32,642 bases of DNA, from IMG/VR virus record IMGVR_UViG_3300013114_000348, positions 1 to 32,642 of that record. One strand, written 5' to 3'. The DNA is from a virus. Taxonomy: Duplodnaviria; Caudoviricetes. The position numbers and the translations under genes are program-made. The notes under the pieces are model-generated. The model searched no databases. It saw nothing but the letters and a program-made list of their open reading frames with translations, and was not told the origin of the DNA. Shown one piece after another: positions 12,101-19,300 of this stretch (positions are counted from its first letter, which is position 1; each line of letters opens with the position of its first letter).

Positions 12101-12323
12101 CCCGAACACTGATTATCAAATAGTAGGCGAATCACGGTTTAAGCCATTTACCAGCACATCTGAAAACTTTAGCATCTCTGGCGCAATGAGCGCAGACACA
12201 ACCGGAGAGGTGAGCATGAAGATAACCATTCAGAGATATAACGGCTCAGACAGCGCCCCATCAAATGCTAGCTCAACTGACTATATGAAGGAATGCGTTG
12301 GAGTCATCATGGGAGTTAAATAA
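6090..12323 (+). CDS. Very long tail fibre / host-specificity protein: FnIII-like domain, repeat coiled-coil shaft, J-like (DUF1983-type) C-terminal region
   Basis: GTG 6090 with GGAGA RBS. PPAPTNLTASG...LLSWD...RYYWVRGVN is FnIII-like. About 23 shaft repeats. 'VKTDLNGYITGYGL...FIVVADKFAL...GVYIDSAFIENGSITTAQI' is typical of lambda-J-like C-termini. Confidence 0.85.
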   Translation: MSKANLSVPYHWSNPDKRFGESIKENLDVLLGHRGASLDRAVTFRDLVSSGVVALRSGESTFDGSATSVAPVNSTVIYDTPPAPTNLTASGAFQSVLLSWDIQTYTGHSGIEVWRHTSDSISDATMVAQVSGYTSSYSDPVGGGVTRYYWVRGVNQNGAFGSFNNSTGTAGTTVADLSVVMTLLSNQITTSELATSLATPIASISTISGLQTAFSTYTGYTASYSGSSLLSRITSSETSITSANSSISSLQTTSNSLSSSVTSLNTTTSGLSTSVTSLNTTVSSLSTTSASHTSSIDDLDDEVFNANGTARLATSSALTSVQTSVSSLNTSVSNLQSSVSDLTTGVSSVYVQASAPTGTISTNSRWYDSDDSMSPYYYSGSAWVSLEDPRIGDNETEITSLKAEVFTANGGSRLATASALSTLDTTVVSQGNSITSISADVTALNNSVYDSSGNLELATSSALSSLTSTVNSQGGSISAAQTDITDLEADVYDSSGSVKLATTSAVNQLTNSVEAIYDGTNASIVKTIQTDVSALDAEVFNNDGTSRLATGSALSGLTNTVTSQGSSISSIQTDVSALEGQVFDSSGNLALATGSALSGVSNTVTSQGTTLTSAQDDISDLNAEVFNGDGTARLATGSSVSSLTNTVTSQGNSISSAQTDISALEADVFNSDGTSRLATGSALTGLTNSVTAIYDGTNASVVKSVQTDISTLESEVFNGDGSSRLATGTALSGLTNTVSAQSDSISGLQTSVSSSQTDISTLEGAVFDSSGNVQLATSSALTGLTNSVEAIYDGTNPSVIKTVQTDVASLEGEVFNANGTSRLATGSALTGLTNTVTAIYDGDNPSTVKSIQSDVSTINGVLFDANGNTQIATSSAIAGIQNDLEVIYDGENASLVKSIQSDIVDLEGEVFNSNGTARLATGSAVSSLSNDVTAIYDGTNASVVKSVQTDVSAIQGVLYDSNGNVQIATSAAIAGLSNDLEAVYDGDNPSIIKTVQTDVSALEGQVFNSDGTARLATGTALTGLTNSVTAIYDGGNASVVKLVQDDVSALEGEVFNANGTSRLATGAALTGLTNSVTAIYDGENASYIKTIQTDVSALDAEVFNANGTSRLATGSALTGLTNSVEAIYDGTNASVVKTVQEDVSDIQGVLYDSNGNVQIATSAAIAGLSAKIIAIYDPDDSTAVTQVSVIQGDITDLEGEVFNANGTARLATTTALTGVSNAVTAIYDPDDASAVTQISIVQGNVADLEAEVFNANGTGRLATVSALTGVTNSVEAIYDGDEPSVVKTIQGDITDLNSAVFDASGAVQLATTSALTGLTNNVLAVYNADDSTAVTIVSTLQSDVTDLSTEVFATDGSSLLATADALSSLTSDVEAIYDGDNASYVKAIQEDISTLNSSVYNNDGTAKLAEATAVSALLTEVYGAGNESGANLSRIDSLDATVTNETTGISAIGTAVSTLNVELWGSGVTPGSAASRLDTISSALTNESGEIEVVSADAFSALQTEVLGSNTVSASRIDGLSSVVFDENGAVALATAEALEEVKVEITTGGALASRIDNLSAAMWVDGASGTTNFASATSFDNVNNEVFPNGQASASRLSQLSAAMWTDGDPTKDPLLSADVLSSVTAEIFPDSNTASASRIDTLTTTVSGEDGESGLVGSMSTIENLVTGENGLTSQHMVKTDLNGYITGYGLTSSVESGTGNTDSAFIVVADKFALVPPGAGTLSNPNNVSTAQPDVIVPFSVKSTAETLDSGTVVPAGVYIDSAFIENGSITTAQIETATVDILNVTGNLSANRIQGGTIETSLLNIDDSTLTSVTVNGVAQLQVGNLNASAITAGNISADVMEGTTVYANRLEGDVNTLLPFRNTTVTSFQNNETTVIEVSLSESTHVTEGHQVFAQASGYLNCTAEKVYRMRMYMKTDVNTSDNLGTPNSVGYSQSGYSFYFYVVYTGDFSSRVSVGGTISTSSKSGYVSGVTYSGGSTKIYYNIQSGSAFDASDNITFYPNTDYQIVGESRFKPFTSTSENFSISGAMSADTTGEVSMKITIQRYNGSDSAPSNASSTDYMKECVGVIMGVK
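6996..10350 (+). repeat. About 23 imperfect coding repeats of 43/48/50/51 aa (VFNxxGTxRLATxSALxGLTNxV...QTDVSxLExE)
   Basis: Counted directly from the translation. DNA-level near-identical patches also occur, e.g. GACAGCAACGGGAAYGTGCAGATTGCAAC at ~8967 and ~9543. Confidence 0.92.
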
Positions 12324-12664
12324 TGTTCGTTAAATGGAATGACGCAGAAGGCAAAATAATAATGGGACCGCAGGGCGCTCCAGGTGGAGGAGATAACTGG
12401 TATCCATACCTGGAATCAGACTCTGTAGTAAATGCCCGAACTCAAACGACTAGCTACAGACTAGACACGGGTCTAAATGCAGTTGTTCAGGAGATAAATG
12501 GCGAAGGAAGCCTCACTTATGACCAGGAGAGGATTGCACTCTATAAAGCAATTGGCGATCAGCTGGATTTGATTTGGCACGATATCGACAACGGGACACT
12601 AGATATTACAGGTGAGTTCTATAGCGCAATTAAATCTGTGAAAGATGCTCACCCTAAAATATAA
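12323..12664 (+). CDS. Tail-fibre assembly-like protein
   Basis: TAATG coupling. C-terminal 'YDQERIALYKAIGDQLDLIWHD...FYSAIKSVKDAHPK' motif is characteristic of small post-fibre genes. Confidence 0.65.
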   Translation: MFVKWNDAEGKIIMGPQGAPGGGDNWYPYLESDSVVNARTQTTSYRLDTGLNAVVQEINGEGSLTYDQERIALYKAIGDQLDLIWHDIDNGTLDITGEFYSAIKSVKDAHPKI

Positions 12665-12709
12665 AAAGTGGGAAAGATTCATGATTTGCTTTAATATAGG
12701 GAATGAACT

Positions 12710-13114
12710 GTGTCCTTAGAATTTGCGGATATCCGCACTAACTGGGGCATAGTAAAAGAAGGGCTGGAGACAATATTAACGGAGTCTCAGCCTGATTGGA
12801 AGGTTGAAGATGTATACGCTGAATGCGTAGCTGGAAACGCTCACCTTCTCATGAACACCGCACGGACTGCCACTGGGTTTACAATAATTCAGTCGGTGAA
12901 GATACCTTTTTCCAACCGCTCTAAATTATTGATCTGGATAGCATTTGACCCGCTTCCAGACAGTTCCCTCGCTCATGGCGCGGAAATTGAAACCCTCGCA
13001 AAAAACACTGGTCATGTTGAAATTGAGTTTTTGACACCGCATCGCGCACTTTGGTCTCTTGGTGAGACGCATGGATACCAGCTGCGATACGGGATCATGA
13101 ACAAAAAATTATGA
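12710..13114 (+). CDS. GNAT-fold-like virion assembly protein (positional analogue of T7 gp13 / P22 gp14)
   Basis: 134 aa alpha/beta pattern (W..VK.GL..I....DW..EDVY..C..G.A.L), located directly ahead of the ejection genes. Confidence 0.55.
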   Translation: MSLEFADIRTNWGIVKEGLETILTESQPDWKVEDVYAECVAGNAHLLMNTARTATGFTIIQSVKIPFSNRSKLLIWIAFDPLPDSSLAHGAEIETLAKNTGHVEIEFLTPHRALWSLGETHGYQLRYGIMNKKL

Positions 13115-13123
13115 GGGTAGTTT

Positions 13124-13699
13124 ATGGGTGGTGGAGACAGTTACGAACCAGAGGAAATGGAAGCGAAACAAGCGCTGGCTGAACAAGCAGCGGTTAGCTT
13201 ACAAAGATACGGAGAACATTTTGTTCCCCTGGAAAATTCATTTATCCAATCAAGTCTAAATAGGTTTGGGGATCAAGCCTATACGGATGCTATGGGCAGA
13301 GCCTCTACTCAAACAGCTGGACTCTATGATCAAGCATTTGAAGACCAAGCTGGAGCGGCATTTAACCAAGGCATAGACCCCACGTCAGGCAGATATACAG
13401 AAGAATCATCTGCTTTGCGAGAAGCTCAGGCGAGAGGAATGGGGCTTGCGGCAGCTGACGCAGGAATAACCAATACCGATCAGGGTTATGCGGGTTTGGC
13501 TAATGTGGTGAAGATGGGTCAGGGGCTTGCCACAGACAGCATGGAAGGCACTATCTCCCTTGCTCAAACTGGATTAGATCGAGCAAGCCAACAATCTCAA
13601 AGAGATTTTGCTAGAAGCCAAAGCTTAAACAATATCGCTGGGACTGTTGGCGGAATGGCAGCGAATTACGGGCTTAATAATTACGGAGGTACAGGCTAA
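13124..13699 (+). CDS. Putative internal virion / DNA ejection protein
   Basis: GAGG RBS, MGGG N-terminus, Ala/Gln/Gly-rich helical body and a C-terminal 'IAGTVGGMAA' segment. Confidence 0.65.
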   Translation: MGGGDSYEPEEMEAKQALAEQAAVSLQRYGEHFVPLENSFIQSSLNRFGDQAYTDAMGRASTQTAGLYDQAFEDQAGAAFNQGIDPTSGRYTEESSALREAQARGMGLAAADAGITNTDQGYAGLANVVKMGQGLATDSMEGTISLAQTGLDRASQQSQRDFARSQSLNNIAGTVGGMAANYGLNNYGGTG

Positions 13700-14262
13700 T
13701 GGATTGGGGAGATTTTTTGCGAAATTTAGGACCAGGCATAGGTTCTCAGGTTTCGGGTTTTTACGGGCAGCAAGAAGGAGATCCGATTATAGATCCTGGT
13801 GACGGGTCTGCTCCCTATTATACCGGAGGGGGGTATAACCCATATACCACCATTAGTCCGTACAGATACTCACATCTCAGACCTGAGGACAACCCTGGCG
13901 ATAGACTCTACGCAGATTTAATCAGGGCGCAGACTTCAGACTACCTTACACGTTTCGCGCCAATAGAAAATTATCTAGCGGGACAAGTTACAGCAACAGG
14001 CACAAGATCGCTCCCAGGCGATTTAGAGCGCACTAGAGGCGCTGTTCTTGGTGCAGGAATGAACGTCCAAGGCATGCAGAATCGGCAGTCAGAACGCTAC
14101 GGATTGGCTCCAACTTCAAACATAGGAACCTCCAATTCAACCGTGAGCGCATTGGTGGGAGGCTTGAACGATACACGAATGAGAGACGCTGATCGACGCT
14201 TGGCGCTGTTGTCAGGCGGATTATCGGGACTCAGTCAAAAAGCGAGGAATATAGCAGGATGA
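13699..14262 (+). CDS. Putative internal virion protein
   Basis: TAATG coupling with GGAGG RBS. Gly-rich and helical; lies within the ejection cluster. Confidence 0.55.
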   Translation: MDWGDFLRNLGPGIGSQVSGFYGQQEGDPIIDPGDGSAPYYTGGGYNPYTTISPYRYSHLRPEDNPGDRLYADLIRAQTSDYLTRFAPIENYLAGQVTATGTRSLPGDLERTRGAVLGAGMNVQGMQNRQSERYGLAPTSNIGTSNSTVSALVGGLNDTRMRDADRRLALLSGGLSGLSQKARNIAG

Positions 14263-14786
14263 CATTAATAGCAGCGGGGCAAGGTCTGAGGAAAAGGGCA
14301 AATGTTGGTTTTGCAGAAGTTGCCAGATTAGAAGGCGAAGAGAATCAACAGCGTATAGCACAAGAGATGGCAAGGGATGCCCAGCAAGCTCAGATGATGG
14401 GTACGGGCGGTGGAATCGGAGCCATGTACGGACTGAAAGGGTTGCAAGGTTCAGGCGGAGTTGCAGCTGGGGCAGGAGGAACACCTCCCCTTCCTGTATT
14501 CGGAGACCCAGTAACGGTTGGTGGTATTACAGCTGTCCCAGAAGCTGGGGGTGTCGCTATCCCTGGAGGGGTCAATGTAACGTCTCAAGTGGCTGGTGGG
14601 GCAGAGGTGGTAACCAACACGGCGGCGGCAACTGAAGCCGCCACAGGTGCAGCAGCAGTAACAGAAGCGGGTGCTACAAGCGCAGCAGCTGGCGGAGGAG
14701 GAGGATGGGCTGGTCTGGCAAGTCTGGCAGCACCAGTTGCTATTGGTCTGGGTGTAGCTTTTTTATTAAACAAACTTTTTGATTAG
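14259..14786 (+). CDS. Gly/Ala-rich putative ejection (membrane-penetrating) protein
   Basis: ATGA overlap. 'MMGTGGGIGAMYG' and a C-terminal hydrophobic helix 'LAAPVAIGLGVAFLLNKLF'. Confidence 0.6.
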   Translation: MTLIAAGQGLRKRANVGFAEVARLEGEENQQRIAQEMARDAQQAQMMGTGGGIGAMYGLKGLQGSGGVAAGAGGTPPLPVFGDPVTVGGITAVPEAGGVAIPGGVNVTSQVAGGAEVVTNTAAATEAATGAAAVTEAGATSAAAGGGGGWAGLASLAAPVAIGLGVAFLLNKLFD

Positions 14787-14796
14787 GTGACAACAA

Positions 14797-16356
14797 ATGG
14801 CTAGAAATCCATACGCATATCAAGCAGATGGTTTTGCTGAAGGCTTCCAGTCCGGCTTTGGACTCATGAGCGATCATTATGAGCGGCAAGACAGGAAAGA
14901 CATTGCCAGGGAAGAGCTAAGAGCAAATGCGCAATATAGAGCCGATGAGCTAGGACTCAAGCGAGATGAGCTAAGAGGAATGGAAAAGCATAGAGGCGAA
15001 GAGGCAAAGTATAGAGCCGATGAGGCAAAGTATAGAGCCGATGAGGCGGCATTAACAGCTGAACATAGAATCAAGCAACTTGAGAATGAAGCAACCAGTC
15101 TTGAAACTGCGGAAGCACAAAGAAAAGACCAAGCAGAGATAAATAGAATAAGAGCAGAGACGGAAGGCAAACGTCAGGATGGTTTAGATGCTATCGCTGA
15201 CGAGAGGCGTAAAACTCAAGAAAGACAACGGATAAATAGCGAATCCTTTGCCGCAGCTGATCAATTTATAAAGTATTGGAACAGGGTACAACAAGGGGAA
15301 GAGACCTGGGATGTTAGCAAGGCACAGGTTTACCTCGATGCGGCAGAGAAAGGAATGGGGAGTATTTTTCGGAATACCGGACCTCTTGCAGCTGCCGCAG
15401 CGGAGGATTTCAGGCGATCAATGATTGCGGTGAGTAGGGGCGAAATGCCAGATAAAGCTGCGCTTCTCAACATAGCGAATCACGTTCTGAATCAAAGCAA
15501 TAAAAGCGGGACAGGCGAAACAGTGACGGCGGAGACTCACCCGAATGCACCGGAATCGGCGCACGGGATGATAGTTAAGCAGAAAACAATATCGGACGTG
15601 AAATATAGAGATGGGAAATTCACCTTTCAAACAGACGTTGTCGTAGAGGATTCTCAAGGTAAAGAGTATATCTATCAAGCAGGGGTTACGCAGAATAGGG
15701 CTTCTGGTGCGCCCAGTCAGGTTGTGGAGCTAACTTTCGATGAGATATTTAAAGCGGGTGCTGGAATCTTCCAGTACCAGAATTATCTTGCTCCTGCGCG
15801 AGAGGCAGCTATGAGGACAAGGGCGCATGGACAATTTCGAGAAAAATACAGTGATGGAACATATGGAAAATATGATCAAACTAAACATATCGAAGCAATA
15901 GACAGGCAAACTGAAGTAACAAGAGCGCAGTGGCTGGCGAAAGGCGATGCTCCCTCCCCTTTCCCTGGGAAAACCTACGAAGAAGCAGTTCTTGACCCAA
16001 GATTTAACGCCTATGTTGAGGCTGAAGTCTTGAAACTAAATTACTCGAATGAATATCAACCATCAGAAGGCGATGCGCTGGCAGCGGATGTAAGGGAAAC
16101 AAGACAAGCAAAAGATTTGAACAAATTATTATCACAAAAGGATGATACACCTCCTTTATCCAGAAGCCAGTTGTTGCAGATGAGCTACTTCTTTGATGAA
16201 ACAACAGATAGAGCGGGGAATACAACAATAGAGCTAACAAACGAAAAAGGATACACCAATTTCAAGAACAAGGTTCTGGGGAGACCGAAAGGCTATAAAG
16301 GACAATTCCATAACAGAGGGGTTTATGCTAATCCCTTGGGCGGACAACCGGATTAA
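14797..16356 (+). CDS. Putative internal virion / ejection protein with coiled-coil N-terminus
   Basis: AGGTG RBS. 'GFAEGFQSGFGLM' N-terminal motif followed by a charged coiled coil. Sits immediately before the giant protein. Confidence 0.65.
   Translation: MARNPYAYQADGFAEGFQSGFGLMSDHYERQDRKDIAREELRANAQYRADELGLKRDELRGMEKHRGEEAKYRADEAKYRADEAALTAEHRIKQLENEATSLETAEAQRKDQAEINRIRAETEGKRQDGLDAIADERRKTQERQRINSESFAAADQFIKYWNRVQQGEETWDVSKAQVYLDAAEKGMGSIFRNTGPLAAAAAEDFRRSMIAVSRGEMPDKAALLNIANHVLNQSNKSGTGETVTAETHPNAPESAHGMIVKQKTISDVKYRDGKFTFQTDVVVEDSQGKEYIYQAGVTQNRASGAPSQVVELTFDEIFKAGAGIFQYQNYLAPAREAAMRTRAHGQFREKYSDGTYGKYDQTKHIEAIDRQTEVTRAQWLAKGDAPSPFPGKTYEEAVLDPRFNAYVEAEVLKLNYSNEYQPSEGDALAADVRETRQAKDLNKLLSQKDDTPPLSRSQLLQMSYFFDETTDRAGNTTIELTNEKGYTNFKNKVLGRPKGYKGQFHNRGVYANPLGGQPD
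15001..15047 (+). repeat. 21-bp exact tandem duplication (EAKYRAD x2)
   Basis: GAGGCAAAGTATAGAGCCGAT x2 plus GAGGC; a third partial copy TATAGAGCCGATGAG lies at ~14935. Confidence 0.95.
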
Positions 16357-16359
16357 TTA

Positions 16360-19300
16360 ATGCCGCTATCAATTAACCGCAATAGAAATAGATTCCAATC
16401 CTATGATGAAGAGGAAGAAGAGTCTGGATTAGTATCAGAGTTCTCTAAAGGTTTTGGCGCTGGTGTTGACCAACTGCAAGCGCTTGCGGGTGGCGCTAAA
16501 GCATTAGTTGGTTCAGCTGTGGGTGATGATGATTGGTTCTACGATGGGCTGAGTTATTATAACGAGCAGATGGCTGAAGCCGCTGAGAATGCGGGTGACG
16601 TAACCAGAATCGAAGAAGTTGATGCCACGAACTGGGCATCTTATGTTGCCTATACAGTAGGTAACGTAGCCCCTAGCCTTATTGGTGCAGCTGTTACTGG
16701 TGGTATTGGTGGTCTCGCTGCCAAACAAATAACCAGGAAAGGCGTTGAAGCGTCCGTTAAAAATTTTACTGAAAACGTAGTCAAGAAGACTGCAAACAAG
16801 ACTCTCGCAAAAAAAGCTGGAGACGATTACCGAAACAAAGCATTAGCTCCCCTTATTAACGCAGGACGAATTGCTGGCGCTGGTGCTTTCTCTATGACCA
16901 TGGAGTCTGGGTCAAGCTTCACTCGATTGATGGAGGAAGACGGCACAGAAGCCCCAGGCATTGCATTAGCGACAGGGGTAGTCTCTGGAGGATTGGATGC
17001 TATAGCGCCCCTAAAGGCGTTGAAGCGGGTTCTGCCTAAGAATCTGTACGATAAAGCCAAAGACGGTATTGGCAAAGAGGTTGCCAAGAACCGGAAAATA
17101 TATCATCGAGTTGCTAGCGAAGCAGCTAAAATGGCTGGGATTGAAGGCGTAACGGAAGCCACCCAGGAGTTCATTCAGAACCTGGCTGTCGGCTATGTTC
17201 GTTCTGAGCTTAACCCTGACGATGAAGATGCCTACTATAACGCCCTATTTGATGAGACGGCTCAGTCAGCTTACTTGAACAGCTTTGTCGCTGGTGCTTT
17301 GGGTGGCGGCTCAATCGGTGGTGTAACTGGTCTGGCAAGAGATCCCGTTACCCCAGGAAGACCCTTTACAGATGAAGAGCAAGCACAACTCGATTCTTAC
17401 CCCGTTGTCCCAGTCGCTGACCCACCAAGTGAGAAGCAAGTTAGACGGGAAGAGAGACAGAAGCAACGGCTAGATGCTCAGTCTACTGGTCCCACAATTG
17501 CACCCCCCACTAGCGCAGGGCTTGAACAGGAAGGCGTAAGACAACGCATTCGCGGAGAAATGGATGGGCGAGAAGAACAAGATCGTTTAGGCATAACGCC
17601 AGCGGAAGCTCAACAGAGAGCGCAGGAGCGGCTATTCCCTCAAGCTAATGAACGTAGAGGACAAACCCAAGAAGAAGCCAGAGAGAGAACGAGAGAGGCG
17701 TTAGACGAGCAGCAAGATGTGTTTGATGATGACCCTCACGATAAGCCTGTTCTCACAAGAAAAGACCACATAGACAATAGGGTTAATCGACAAGATAAAG
17801 ACGAAGCCAGAGAGTCAGCTAGAGAGCAGCTTGACCAGATAGATGGACGTGATAGACCTTCTTTGCGTGAGGATGGGGAGACCTGGGATGAAGCCAGGAA
17901 ACGGATCGGTGATAGAACCAGAGATCAGATAGATGGTGTTCCGGAGCCTGTAACTCCGCCAGAGCCAAGCAAGGTTCCGCAGGATTTGCCTAGCATAAGG
18001 GAGCGGGTAAGGCAGATGACCCAGGAAGGATTGGGTCAGGTTCCAGCTGAAACGACTACGGTCGGGGATCAAAGAATTCCATTTGAGCAGTTACCAACTA
18101 GCGTCAAGCGTCAAATCATTAAGCAAGCGAAAGAAGAAGGCTTGGTTGTGGAGGATAATGTTGCCCCTGACACGGTTGCTGCTGCGTTAGATCAGGTTCC
18201 CGAAGGGGAGAAAGAATCTGCCGCTAATGAGGTAGATGAGTTATCTAGAATCACCCTAACGAGCGATGAAGAGAGTCGGAGATTAAAAAACCCAGGAAAA
18301 TATGATGGACCGTTAACTGATCCAAAAAAGGTTTCCTTAGCGGAAGCAATTCAGGAAGTTAATAAAAATTTAGGTGGAAATAGAACCCCGCTTTCCGAAG
18401 AGAAATTACTTTCAAAGTCTAAGATAGAGGAAGACACTGTAAGCGGAGGTAGAGAGGATCTCAAAGGCGATGACTCTCTAGGGCTGTCCGATGAAATTCT
18501 TCATGCCTTGGTGGACTTGGTCGGTGCGGGAATGCCTAAGAGTGTTTTAAACGCCATTCCCTCAATCAGGGTAAGGAATGTATATAAGGGTCGAGGGCAT
18601 GCCTCGACAGAGGAAAACTCTCCTGCGTCATACCAGGCTGTTGGTGGGCTTCTTTCGATAAGACGGGACTACCTCCGGAAAGCCGCTGTTGGGCTTCAGG
18701 AAAAGATGACAATAGGTCGAGCGCATCTCCGTTATATATTCTCGCATGAGCTTGGTCATGCCTATGACGCTCAACAGGATATCTCTAGCCAGAATCGCAA
18801 CTGGAGCGTAGAGTTCCTTGATTCCCCGAAGGGTGCAGACGGGAACATTGAATTCAATCTGAATGTGGGCAGTTTTGTCAAAGAATTATTTCAGAATTTT
18901 GAACAAGGCACAGAGCTAGGTAATGAATTGTCTTACCCTTTTGCGGAAATTTATGACCGATTGAATAACCCAATGATGGACGGCGATGATGCATTAAGAA
19001 TAGCCAGGAGCGAAAGCTTCGCTCAGTCCTTTGCAATTTTCCACTCTAATCCTGATATACTAAAAAGTGGAGCCCCAAAAACTTATGAATATTTACGGAA
19101 ATTACTCCGTGAGGATCAAACAAATGCCCAAGATAACACTCAAGCCAGTCCCGAAAACACCGATACTGGAGGAGTACTTCCAGAGGTTCAATCACAACCC
19201 CAGTCCGGAAGCAGCGAAGTTCCAGACCCTGGAGGAACGGGAGGAATTAGCGGAGATGGCTCTGTTTCGGGACAAACCAGTGGAGGCATGGGCGAACAGA

